DNA of 63,525 bases, the filler included, from Reticulomyxa filosa (Eukaryota > Protista > Foraminifera), in the NCBI GenBank assembly GCA_000512085.1. It is 17 parts of 17 records of this genome, joined end to end, with 100 filler letters (N's around TTAATTAATTAA, not from the genome) between each part and the next. Parts side by side here need not be neighbours in the genome. Positions count along the whole stretch, not along the records: positions 23,224 to 25,214 come from ASPP01007500.1; positions 25,315 to 31,004 come from ASPP01032720.1; positions 31,105 to 32,186 come from ASPP01048087.1; positions 32,287 to 33,460 come from ASPP01018678.1; positions 33,561 to 35,457 come from ASPP01007427.1; positions 35,558 to 39,973 come from ASPP01041371.1; 11 more parts are not named here. One strand, given 5' to 3'. Shown here piece after piece: positions 24,725 to 36,625 of this stretch. Below the pieces are notes generated by a model that did not search any database, was not told where the DNA came from, and worked only from the letters and a program-made list of their open reading frames with translations. How positions within the stretch are numbered: the stretch's first letter is position 1; each line of letters starts with the position of its first letter. The translations under genes and the position numbers were made by a program.

Positions 24725-25214
24725 ATGTCATCAACTGAATCGATTTTGACAACAGAGGTCGCTTTCGGCTTCTTTCTCTCTGTTGTTTTGTACAACAAAA
24801 AAAAATATCGTTAATACATTGTGCTTTGCTTTCTTGACAGGAGTCTAAGCTTATCAATGACTTTCTCGAATTTGTAAATTCCTCGGTTACGCCATTCCAT
24901 GCTGTCCATACAATTTCGAAAATTTTGGAGAGCCATGTAAAAATAAGAATGTCAAACAAGACAACTCAAAAAACAAAAAAACCCAACTGATTTGTGTACG
25001 TCCTTTTTAAATCCTGTTGCAAGTGTTGTGTCTGTGACTTTTGGTAACCTTTGCAGAAATTTACGAAACTGGATGAGCGTGACAGTTCTTGGGATTCATT
25101 GAAACCAGGACACTACTACTTCACAAGAAACCAATCCACGATTGTGGCCTTCAGTATTCCTGCCAAATATCAAAAAGGAAATGGTTTACTATTATGGCAG
25201 GTCTGTACTTTTTT
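24725..25214 (+). CDS. DNPEP: Aspartyl aminopeptidase (M18) N-terminus, 3' truncated
   Basis: DFLEFVNSSVTPFHA (exon from 24841) and FTKLDERDSSW-LKPGHYYFTRNQSTIVAF. Confidence 0.85.
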
Positions 25215-25370
25215 NNNNNNNNNNNNNNNNNNNNNNNNNNNNNNNNNNNNNNNNNNNNTTAATTAATTAANNNNNNNNNNNNNNNNNNNNNNNNNNNNNN
25301 NNNNNNNNNNNNNNAAAAAAAAAAAAAAATTGGTGGACAAGTAGCGAAATTGCGCGGAGGATAAAAGTGA

Positions 25371-26106
25371 CTAAACTTGGGTTCCCATGCTTCGTGCGAC
25401 TGATGCTTCTCTCATGACACTGTGAGATCTTAAAAGATCTTCCGATCTCTGAGCAATGACGGTTTTGTTTGTAGACGAGCTGAGCAGTCCACTGCTCCCT
25501 CCTCCACCTCCTCCTCCTCCGCCACCACCGCCACTGCTTTTGCGCGAGTTAGTGGCGTTGTTGTTATTTCCAAGAAGAGAGGCACCAGCTGAAGAAGAAG
25601 AAGAAGAGATGGTACCAGTAGAAGTGCCAGTAGTGGCAGCAGCACTCCCACCACCTCCAATTGCATTAGCATTTGAAGAAGATAAAGCAGATGATGATGA
25701 CGACGACGATGATGATGATGATGATGAAGAAGAAGAAGAAGAAGAAGAGCCGCCCAAGTTGGTAATGTCGTCGCGTTTCTTGTCGTGACTTCGACTGCGA
25801 CTTCGCGACTTGCTTGTCCTATCTTTGCCTTTGTCCGCACGATCTCTGTCCCGATCACGTCTGATATTGTTTGCAATGCATACACACCACATGTTTGCAT
25901 TCGTATGTGTCCGCACACAAATGGACAATGCAAACAAAAGATTCGAAAAACTGTAAGCGAGAGTGGTGACCACGATCACGATCACGATCACGATCACGAT
26001 CGCGATCACGGTCGCGGTCGCGTCGGGTGCGACTTCGACTACGACTTCGGCTATGGCTGCTTCGGCTTCGACTGTGACTATGACTGCGACTATGACTGCG
26101 AGGCAT
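25371..26106 (-). CDS. RS/RD-repeat low-complexity protein, probably a splicing or nuclear factor, 3' truncated
   Basis: MPRSHSRSHSHSRSRS...RDRDRDRD exon, an intron, then RDRDR...SRSRSRS and poly-S/poly-G. Confidence 0.6.
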
Positions 26107-26557
26107 TGAGAGATGCGGTGTGGACGAACATTGTTTTTTTTTTTTTTAGTTGCAAGTTGTCCCCCGCTGTTTTTTTTACAACTATTTTGGCATATGACCT
26201 TTTAGCCAACTAACGCAACAAAGGAAAATTTAAAAATAATAATATGCTGATAACAAATGCTTTTTTTTTTAAATTGAAGGCCCCTTTTGTTTGAAGGGCA
26301 AATACTTTTGGCCACAGATAAAGAAAAGTTAAAGTGGAACAACGATAATATAGCACTGGACTCTTTTGGAATAAATTGTAATTTTAATACAACTACAAAG
26401 AGAAAATATCAAAATCCTTCAGCATTAAAACAAAACGATAACACACAAATAACGTTCAAATATCGTTGAAACAAAGAAGCGTAAACACCTGTAGCGATTT
26501 GATTCCGTTACTTGTCCCTGTGGCACTCAGAGTAATTTAAATGTTCCGATTTCAATT

Positions 26558-26964
26558 TCATTGCGCTTTATGTGCGACCTCTGTTGCATGTAAATACATA
26601 TACAAAAAAAGGTTAAAAATAGATGCATCGATCACAGGTCAAATCAAAGCGAATGAAAACCACTTCAAATCAATTGTCAACTTACCATAACGTGGTCGAA
26701 TTTTGTATAGAATGCTGAATTGGCATTTTGGGCACACAGAGGAAAAGGTCTTTGCAGGATTACATTGCGTTCCGCAGTCTATTGTTGGTTTATATGTTTT
26801 GCACTACACTATTGATCATTGAAAATCCGTCTGAAGACAGCCACCTAACTCCCACACATAAACAGTGAAGCGCTTGTCAACGGTTCCACTCTTGCAAGTC
26901 CAGTATCAAATATAAATTTTGCTTTAATCTCCTTTGGTTCTGTTTCTTTTTTTTGTGAGGTCAT
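26558..26964 (-). CDS. RPB12: RNA polymerase I/II/III subunit Rpb12 (RPABC4), 76 aa; exons 26964-26850, 26778-26686, 26580-26558
   Basis: Spliced LFMCGNCGTQCNPAKTFSSVCPKCQFSILYKIRPRYEVAHKAQ* gives a CxxC...CxxC zinc ribbon plus ILYKxR. Absent from the ORF track. Confidence 0.75.
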
Positions 26965-27388
26965 ATTATAATCCTTAATAATGGTATATTTGTATTTTTA
27001 TTTCTTAGGAGAAAAAAAGGGACTACTTTCGTTGAACGCAGGCCGAAACTTGGCGTTGTGCTTACTTCTTTCGTTTTTCCGTGCTTGTCAACAAGGTTCA
27101 TTTTCAAAAAGTAGATGATAGTTTTGCAGCAACAGTATTGTTGATCTACGACTTAAATCTAAAGAAGACGATTGAAGTGTTTTTCATTTTATTAAGAACA
27201 AACAAGTCTGATACATTTTTGGATGGCCTGTTTAAAAGAAGTACTTCAACACAGGACTTTCATCAACCACACCAACTTCTTTTAACTTTTGTCTTTGTTT
27301 TTTTTTTTTTTTGCTTGAAAGAAAAAAAGCATGCAGAAAAAAAAAAAAGAATCCAAAAACAAAACAAATAAAAAAATACAAAGTATTG

Positions 27389-27806
27389 TCATCGAAGGAT
27401 ATGATTAAAAAAATTGGAATCGGTGATCCAAATGTTCATTCCAATTTTGACGGCAGCATGATCACCGGCGACGGCGTTGGCTTGGTGCATCAAGCGAAAG
27501 TCCCCGGCATTGACATTGTTGGGAAAGACATTGCACCAAAACACGGCCTTTGCGGTCTGAGGTTTGACGGACAAGCGGAGCAGTGGAAACTCGGTTTCGC
27601 CGCCAGCGGCAACGTCATTGAGATATACAAAGATGGAGAACAGGCGTCGAGGCTTCACAATTTTGACATGATACGACGTGGTGTGTGGGTCATCAGTGGC
27701 TTTACTTACTGTCCCAGCCACGTCATCGTCACTTTTATCATTCTTCTTATTGCCATTTGTACTGCGTTCTTTCATCATACAATCAATGTTATTGTCATGA
27801 GCCCCC

Positions 27807-27844
<38 letters not shown>

Positions 27845-28800
27845 GTTGTTGTTATTATTATCATTGTCATTATCATTGTCACTTGTGAGATCAATAAAGA
27901 TTGGCTTGGGCACAGTTGGACATGTTTGGATCAAATCGATCTTTGCCTTATCAGAACGAGTACTCGCGTTGTTATCCTCCTGTTTTCCGTGGTCGCATTT
28001 ATCGTCGGTCATATCATCGTCGCTAATGCACACAAACTTCTCCCCATGTTCGTCCGCGAAATGCAGGTCCTCCATAATGGAACAGGCATTGGAACACCGC
28101 CATAGTGGAGAGGAAGACGACGATGATGATGATGACGACGGTAGTGGATGCGCCATTGGAATCAATGTCCCCGCATCGTGATGCAACGAAAAGCACTGCC
28201 CTCGCTTGTACTTGACCAACTGAAAAGGCTCAACGTTTTCAATCGGAAACCCCGTCAGGTCACTCACACGCTGCGTGATGCGTCTCGTGATACTGTCTTG
28301 CAAGTTGCTCACATAAATGAATGTGCTTGTCCTCTCTTCCGAATATATCTGTTTGCAAACGCGAGTGTCGGCCAACAAACATTACATTATATTACCCAAA
28401 GGGTAATATAATGTAATGTTTGTTGGGTCCTCCGAAAACTTCAAACAAACAAACAAAGGTCAACTTTGTCATTTTGCTTTTCTTGTGTAAATGACTTTTT
28501 AAAGTCATGCTTTCGTGCGCGTACAATCGATTGCAAATGCAAGGTCTCCTTTTCCGTCAGGAAATTCTCAATCACGTATACGTTAGGGTTTACATGTACA
28601 CATTCCAATATACGGCTACGCACGCGCATTTTCTTATCGTCTTTTAACGTCTTCGCCGCTTTTTCTGGGTCGAACAGGTTTTGACTATGCAACGGCAATG
28701 CGCATTCACGCCGGTGTGACAAATAGCGCCGCTTCGATCGTCGCACGGACATGTACGTCCCATCTTCACATTCTCGTACTACTTCCAGCATTTGCAATAT
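27389..28800 (-). CDS. Prolyl 4-hydroxylase-like 2OG-Fe(II) dioxygenase
   Basis: PNVYVIENFLTEKE, RTS, EPFQLVKYKRGQ-FSLHHD, RRLFSIFVYLNDV-GGETEFP, AVFWCN and HQA-V-KIGMNIWI. The start is not resolved. Confidence 0.9.
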
Positions 28801-29504
28801 TCAGTTTGTTGTTATTAGTATTGTTAGTGTTGTTTGTGTTTCTATCAATTTCTTTTTTTTTTAGGTTCCGAAAGGCTTCGAGGAAAGAAATGGGAATGGA
28901 AAGACAAAAAAAAGGGAAAAACGAGCAATTCAAACAGCACAAAACAAAAAATAGAAAAAAAGAAAGAAAAGAAAAAAACACGAGATGATGTCTACCAGGG
29001 GTGAAATTGAGATATGGAAGGATTTTTTTTTTATATTGATTTAAAATACTTTTTAATTTTTTGTTACAGCGTTTAGTTTTGGGATAAACTTCTTTTGCAA
29101 ATTGATCACAATGCTGTATTTTGACAATATCTACATTGCCAATCGACCCCTTCCGGAGCTTTGAATTATTAAAAACTACTGCACTCGTAATTTTTAAAGC
29201 TAGGTTGTGTTTTTTCGAGTAGATAAGTATGTTTATTGCGGATTAACTTGTTAGTTAGTCACCATTTCAAATTATACATTATATCTTTATATCTTATTAA
29301 CAAAAATTAAACACATTCTCATCACATCAATTCTTTTAACAGTAACTCTCACAAAAATGCCAAACGATTTCTGAAAGAATCAAATTTGAAAAAAGATTTT
29401 TATTAATTAAATTTTGTATTAAGCAAAACAGTTATAAACAAGCTACTAACATTCAGAAAATCAGCATTTCTTTTCAGTTGAATAAAAATAACGACGTGGT
29501 GAAC

Positions 29505-30708
29505 TTATCCGTGCATACGAATCGGGCCCTTTTTTGATCCATAGCATAAAGCATAATTACCATTAAAGCCATTTTCAGCATCTTCCAATGGAAAAAATTT
29601 GAAACAAGTTATTCCTCCATCAGTGTCTTTTCCGTTGATCTTGTGAAATGTTTCAAGCTTTCGAATGTCCCAAAAGCGGATTGTGTTATCATATGATCCG
29701 GAGCATATTGCTTTGGTACTACCAATTAGACAAGAGCTACTTTTCCTACTTTTTAATAGCAAATATTCAACACAGCTCACAGTATCACTGTGTCCTATGC
29801 ATGCACCACATGATTTTTTGCTGCGAGTGTCCCACAAGCGAACAAGTTGATCTGATGACCCAGAGATGATCATATTTGCATTATTACTAACCCCTGCTTC
29901 ACAAGGTAAGTATTTGACAGTATTTACAACATCTTTATGTCCTTCAAAGACAAGAGATTCTTTGGCAGTTTCGACATCCCATATTCGAATTGTTTTATCA
30001 CCCGATGCAGAGCAAATTTTATATCCATTACCACCAACCACATTGGTTTTATTTTTATCGCTATTACTTGGCGATGGTGAAAAATCAACACAATAAATCC
30101 AATCTTTGTGTCCTTTAAAAGAATGTAATGATTCGAATGTTTTAATATCCCAAAGTTTGATTGTACTGTCATCAGATGCAGAACACAAATATCGGCCATC
30201 ACTGAATGGTGAAAATTGAATACTTGTAACTGTTTTTGGATGTCCGTGAAGTGATTTAACAACTTGCATACGTTTAAAATTCCAAAAATGAATTTTTTTT
30301 TCAGACGAAAAGCAAACAATTGAACGATTGTTTAGGTGATAATGATAAGGTGAAAATTTCACACAATATACTTGCCCCGAAACATTTTTTTAGCTTTACT
30401 TGCGAAGCTGTCTTTACATTCCATACTCGTAATGTTTTGTCACGTGATCCCGAACACAGATATTGTTGACACCCATTCGACAGTAAATAATCAATACTAT
30501 GTACCTTCTCAGTGTGCTCCTTAAATTTTTTGATGCCTTCAGAATTGCGACCAAATGTGGGAATGCTATGTCTGGGCAAGGGCAATGTCGGCAACGAAGA
30601 TGACAACTCTTGATCTTCAACGTCGGAGATGTTATCCACCATTTCATTCTGCTTGTCCACTCTTTGATAACATCTTGTATCTTTTTTAATCTTATTTTCT
30701 TTGTTCAA
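29505..30708 (-). CDS. WD40-repeat protein with a frameshift near 30385-30391
   Basis: Same subfamily as the gene at 1635 (CVKFSPYHYH, FSPFSDGRYLCS, VVGGNGYKICS). The two ORFs join at an A7 run. Confidence 0.85.
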
Positions 30709-31105
30709 ACTTTGCTTGTCTTTCGATTGTATACTCTCTTTTTGCTTGTTAACTTCGTGCTATTCATTTTTTTTGCAATGCCACTCCCGTCTTTGTCCAA
30801 TTAAAAAAAAAAACGACAACATAAAAAACTAATGAGTTATATATATATACTTAAAAACCAGAGTAGGATGAGACGATTGAGTTTGAGAGAAGGACGAAGT
30901 GGTCTTTCCTGCCGATATCACTGAGATCTCTTCATACTTTATTTCATCCTTTATCTGCTTTAAATTGTCTATTTCCAATTGTAATTCTTTTTTTTCCTCC
31001 TATCNNNNNNNNNNNNNNNNNNNNNNNNNNNNNNNNNNNNNNNNNNNNTTAATTAATTAANNNNNNNNNNNNNNNNNNNNNNNNNNNNNNNNNNNNNNNN
31101 NNNNT

Positions 31106-32080
31106 CCTACTCGACATCCCACACAACCACCAACTCGTCATCCAACACAACCTCCAACTCGTCATCCAACGCAACCTCCAACTCGTCATCCAACACGACA
31201 CCCAACTCGTCATCCGACACGCCACCCTACTCGTCACCCAACTCGACACCCTACTCGTCACCCAACCCGACATCCAACCCGACATCCGACGCGACATCCA
31301 ACGCGACACCCAACGCAACCTCCTACCCGACATCCGACTCGTCATCCAACACGACATCCCACCAGACATCCAACTCGTCATCCGACCAGATCTCCCTCCC
31401 GCAATCCGACACCACATCCTACCAAAATTCCCACTCGTCGTCCCACTCGCCTTCCTACACACTCTCCAACACGTCATCCTACGAGACATCCCACGAGACA
31501 TCCGACCAAACACCCCACTAGGCATCCCACCGCACATCCTACTTACAATCCCACTCGTCGTCCTTCTTCGATTCCCACCCCCATTCCGACCAAGCGCCCC
31601 ACTCAAAGGCCAACCCAAAGGCCTACCAAAAGACCCTCGTCTCACCCGACAACATCTCCCACGCAAAAGCCGACTCAAAGGCCGACGGGAAAACCCTCGT
31701 CTCATCCAACTAAACCTCCCACTCGTCATCCTTCTTCTCCTTCTTCTCCTACTTCTACCAACATTCCAACTTCAGTACCAACTAAACGTCCAACTTCAAG
31801 ACCAACTTCAAACCCGACTAAACATCCAACTGCAATGCCAACCAAACGTCCAACCTTTCGTCCAACTTTAAAGCCAACCTTTCGTCCAAGTCTACCTCCA
31901 ACACGCTTAAGTTTTGCACTGATGTTCTTTTACGTGCGATATCTTCACCTTTCCTCTTCTCTTTCCCTCCCCCCCCCCATACACGCGACTATCCAATGTA
32001 TGTATACGTGTACAAACATTATACGTCATACAGACAGCTCGCACCCACATCCGACAGCAGCGCCCACAAACGGAACTATT
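31106..32080 (+). CDS. Pro/Thr-rich PTxx tetrapeptide repeat protein (mucin/extensin-like), internal fragment
   Basis: Stop-free frame from 31106 reading PTRHPTQPPTRHPT...PTKRPTFRPT. The called minus-strand ORF is its antisense shadow. Confidence 0.8.
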
Positions 32081-32440
32081 TCACAATTTGGAAAGAAGAA
32101 AAGCTCAAATAACCTAAGTTTAAAAAAAAAAAACATTACATTTTGGTAATGAGTGTGATTGGAACTCCTCCAAAAAAAAAAAAAAANNNNNNNNNNNNNN
32201 NNNNNNNNNNNNNNNNNNNNNNNNNNNNNNTTAATTAATTAANNNNNNNNNNNNNNNNNNNNNNNNNNNNNNNNNNNNNNNNNNNNGCACGTGTGTGTAT
32301 ATGTATACATATAATATATATATATATATGTATATGTGTTGTGTATTGTATGCATTTTTCTTTTTGTTCGGTTAAAAAAAAAAAAAAAAAAAAGGGGTAA
32401 TTCACATTTGAAGAGAGCCGTTTGTTTTAAAAAGTTACGT

Positions 32441-33369
32441 CTACTTCTTTGCAAAGGTATCCCTAACCTCTCCAGTCCAGTTCCCATAAGTGTACAAGCC
32501 CAAAGCCTCTCGAAACAGAAGGGCGGTGTTCCGGTTGTGAGTGGTCAGGTCATCATAAATGATGAACGAATGTCCGCCATAAAACTTGTAGAAATCTGCT
32601 AAAGCGGCACCGGCATAAGGAGCCAAATAATGCATAGTTGAGGAATCATCATGTTTCGTCGCGACAATGCACGTATATTCCAAAGCGCCATTGCTTTTCA
32701 GCAATGAAACTATTCTTTCAATTTCTTCGTCCGACTTTCCAATCATTACGTATACACAGTACGTTTCTTTGTTTATTTGTTTTAAGATCAATGATTATAT
32801 ACAATACATATATAATATATATGTATATATGCATATATGTATACGTATAATTAAAGTTTTTTAAAACTCGATTGGCTTTGTTGTTGATTGTTTTCATTAG
32901 CAAAAGACAACAGCAAATCGATGGCGATTTCTGATTTGTTGGAAACACCCGGAGGGACAACAATTCCCAATCGACAACCGCGACTCATTGGATAGAATGA
33001 ATCAATAACTTTAATCCCCGTAAATATTTGCTGTTGCTGCTTCGGTAGCTCGTAGGTGTTCCACTTTGTCATGAAGCGCTTGTTCGGGAACATTCTCACG
33101 CGATAAACCGGTTTTTCAAACCCATTTGTTTTTTGCTCGTTGCTATTGCTGCGGTCCTTTCGTATTACACTTAACTCTCGACTCAATGGATCAAACACGC
33201 GACCACATGTCCCCGGCCCGACAATTATTTCCGGAGGTTTCATGTCCTGGTTGTCGTCCAATCGTATCATTGTTCCGATTTTCATATTTGTTTTTGTTGG
33301 ATCGTCGATTAAGCCGATATTGCAACCTTTGCCTTTCACTGACAGCACTAGCCCTTTACACATACACAC
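32441..33369 (-). CDS. Divergent F1 ATP synthase alpha-like protein, nuclear, intron-containing, partial
   Basis: GRVFDPL, FTGIKVIDSFYPMSRG, YCVYVMIG, GALEYTCIVA, YLAPYAGAALA and HSFIIYDDL. The P-loop position reads VVPPGVSNKS. Confidence 0.8.
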
Positions 33370-33423
33370 AAAAAAAAAATTATATATATATATACATATA
33401 TATGTATGTGCACATGTATATAC

Positions 33424-33460
<37 letters not shown>

Positions 33461-33571
33461 NNNNNNNNNNNNNNNNNNNNNNNNNNNNNNNNNNNNNNNN
33501 NNNNTTAATTAATTAANNNNNNNNNNNNNNNNNNNNNNNNNNNNNNNNNNNNNNNNNNNNTTTTAAAAGAC

Positions 33572-35395
33572 TTAATATGGCACCTTTCTTGCAGAGTTAT
33601 GCTTGGATCTTGGTGTCACTTCAGCAGCTTTAATTTCTTCAGGCGTTTCAACGCAATGATCAATTTCTTCCAAATTTAAATACTCCGAGACAGAGTTTTC
33701 TTTTTCATCGCCTCCCAAAGCATACAAATACTTTTGATTCACCAAGCACAGCGACAAATGTGCCCGCTTTTGTGACATTCTCGGATAGCTTGCTTTCCAG
33801 CTCACAAAGCCATCAACATTGTCATCTGCATCGAAGCATGTCACACATCACACATCACACACATAGTTAACATCGAGGAAAAAGTAAACTTGATATTAAT
33901 ATTAATTATTAGTTATTACTTATTGTTGTCATTGCGTGAATACAAAACTGAACGACAGCTCTTCCAAACTGGACAGTTTAGTTTTTGTGGCGCTGTTCCA
34001 GCCTCCGGCAACAATGATTGAGTTTTTCTTTGGGTAATACACGAGCTGAGCATACGAACGGTTTGTATTCAATTCCGGCAGCACAAAATACTCGCAATTG
34101 TAATTACCATTTCTGCCGCGAGTATCGAACAAGGCAAGTCCATCGCATTGATACAACGACTTCGGGTCCCAATGCATTTCATCGTTGGAAGAGATCCCTC
34201 CAACGCGAATGAGTAGTCCAGGCGTTGGTTGTAACTCCTCATTGGGCGATAGCGGTGATTCGGGTGTAATTTGATGTTGCGAGCCATACACCAGTCTTGA
34301 CCAAGCGTCCGTTTGTTGTATCGGTCCCAAGTCACTGTTTGCTCTGCGAAAAGTCTGATGACGAAAGTTGTCCAATTCCTCGTCGCTCGTACCTGTCGTC
34401 TGTCGATTTAGCACAAGTTCATTTTACGACAAACAGTGACAACAAATAAATTTGGCATATATGCATATACGTATACATATACATTATATATGTGTAACAT
34501 CATCAGTGATTCGTTGTTGCTGTGGCTCAATAACACTCAAAGTGGTGGACTTGGCATTGCTTCTATTCAAACTCGAACTGGTGGTATTGGACTCGCCATT
34601 GTCCAAATAATGCGGCGCAAATTCCTTGGTGATGTACTTTGCAATCGATTTATATCCAATATCGTCGGTGTACAGCATGGCGCTGCCTTTGAGATCAAAG
34701 TACTTGCTTTCCATGAAGGGATGGCCTTGGCCAATGTACCTCCTCCTCCTAGCCTGTTGAGAGTCGGCATTGGACAAGGGGACCATTTCGATCCGATTCA
34801 ACGATGGGGTTTTGTTTTCGTAAGACCCGATTATCAGTCCGATCGTCGGATGATTGCACATTGGACCTAGTGGCATATCATTTGCATAGCCGTGGTTGTA
34901 GTTGCTAGCTTTATTGTTATGGCGGTAATCAGAACTGAAGCCGAGGCTGTGGCTATGATTGTGATTATGATTATGATTATGACTGTGACTGTCGCGATGC
35001 GGGTTGTTGGAACGTCGTGTGGCCAAAGTAGAAGTTGACTGCAATGCACTGACTTGTTGCAACAGCAATGCGTTTTTGGATTTTTCTGTGGCCAATTCCT
35101 TTTCCAAATAATCCAGTTTCCACGACAAGTGCGTATATGCAAATTCGTTCAAGTGCGCCTGCAGCGTCAGCGCCGTCATCATCTCCGTGGTGCACCCGTA
35201 CTTTCGAAATGGACAATCGATCAAACGGTATTTGCATTCTTTCGTCGAATGCGTTTTGCTGTTTTTGAATCGGATCATTTCATTGCACTCTTCATTTACG
35301 CACTTCACCAAACGATTTTCACATTCGTTCCGTACATGTTCTGTTATTTCTTCGCGACAAATCTTTTTTTTCTTTTTTTTTTTGAATATTAACAT
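33572..35395 (-). CDS. TRAF-type zinc finger, coiled coil and kelch-repeat protein, partial
   Basis: HVRNECENRLVKC-C-H-CKYRLIDCPFRKYGC, followed by kelch blades IIVAGGWN, MSQKRAHLSL and YLYALGG. Confidence 0.75.
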
Positions 35396-35398
35396 AAA

Positions 35399-35457
<59 letters not shown>

Positions 35458-36625
35458 NNNNNNNNNNNNNNNNNNNNNNNNNNNNNNNNNNNNNNNNNNN
35501 NTTAATTAATTAANNNNNNNNNNNNNNNNNNNNNNNNNNNNNNNNNNNNNNNNNNNNATTGTGGTGGGTATTATGGTGTAGTACTTTGGTTGTATGGACG
35601 ACTTTGGTAGCGACTGGTGACATGAGTACATGTCTGTCAGACGATCCTTGCATTGGGTGCAATCAAATGCTAAAGTGTTCAACAAAAGGCTGGGTGTATA
35701 TGAAGGTGCCAGCAAACCGACACAATGTAGACACTCATGACAAGAGTTTGTTAGTGGAAAATGAACTGAAAGAATTACGAACATGGCCACACTCCATATC
35801 GTATAGTATTCCACAATAACAAACTGACTTATCCTTGCGACACCAATTTATTTAGGTTTTGGTCAGCTTTATTCCGGTTATGCAAATATCACGCATTTTC
35901 GGACAGCGTAAGTACTTTTCAATTCTCAAATATATGTAGATCCAAGGTGATATGATTGATATCTTATGAATATGGATTGAAGAGGTTACTAAGCACATTT
36001 GTAGCATTTGAGACGGTACAACCTAATTCCACAAGAAAACATGTCTGGCCATCTGATTAGTTTTTGCTATACTTTGGTAGCACTAAAACCACAACACAAC
36101 CTGTTACTACGTTGATACTTGCTTATCCTTTTTTTTTTGAATTAGTTATAGTCTTGTATTATATATGTTCTAGGCGATTTTTTTTTTTTGTGTACTTTGC
36201 ACATTTTATATACTTTGCAAATTTTATAAGCGTTGGTTGATATGTTGACTCATTCTTTTGTATGGCCAAATTAATTTAAAAACATTGTGAAAAAAAGAAG
36301 AACTATCCTTTTATTTTTAAAAAAGAAAATGATGCTGTCTTTTTTTTTCAAATAACATTATTCGTCGTAAAAGTTTGGGGAAACAGAAAAATGAATACAC
36401 AAACGAACTTTCCAATGAGGAAACACTTGGAGATTAAAGATATTTTCAACAGCACCAACAGAGCGATTGCAAGAAGTATTAAAATCTGGATCTTATTTGA
36501 ATTGCTTTTTCAGAAATCAAAATACAACTGCACTGGAAAACGACGACAATCATTAGAGCCCAAATTTCAACGAAAATAACCAACACAATGAAATAAATTG
36601 CATTAAAGAAACAAACAAAAAAAAA

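Noticed and set aside
25456-28181. Plus-strand ORFs with poly-P, D, E, L, I or Y tracts
   Set aside because: They are antisense translations of trinucleotide tracts in the RS protein and P4H genes.
31049-31729. 226-aa minus-strand Met/Trp/Arg-rich ORF
   Set aside because: It is the antisense shadow of the PTxx repeat and runs into the spacer.
27389-32080. Enzyme-substrate cluster of P4H and the Pro-rich protein
   Set aside because: They are on different contigs separated by an artificial spacer, so there is no linkage evidence.
32441-33369. Bacterial contaminant or NUMT origin of the alpha-like gene
   Set aside because: It has AT/TA-repeat introns like the neighbouring host genes and is too divergent for a recent insertion.
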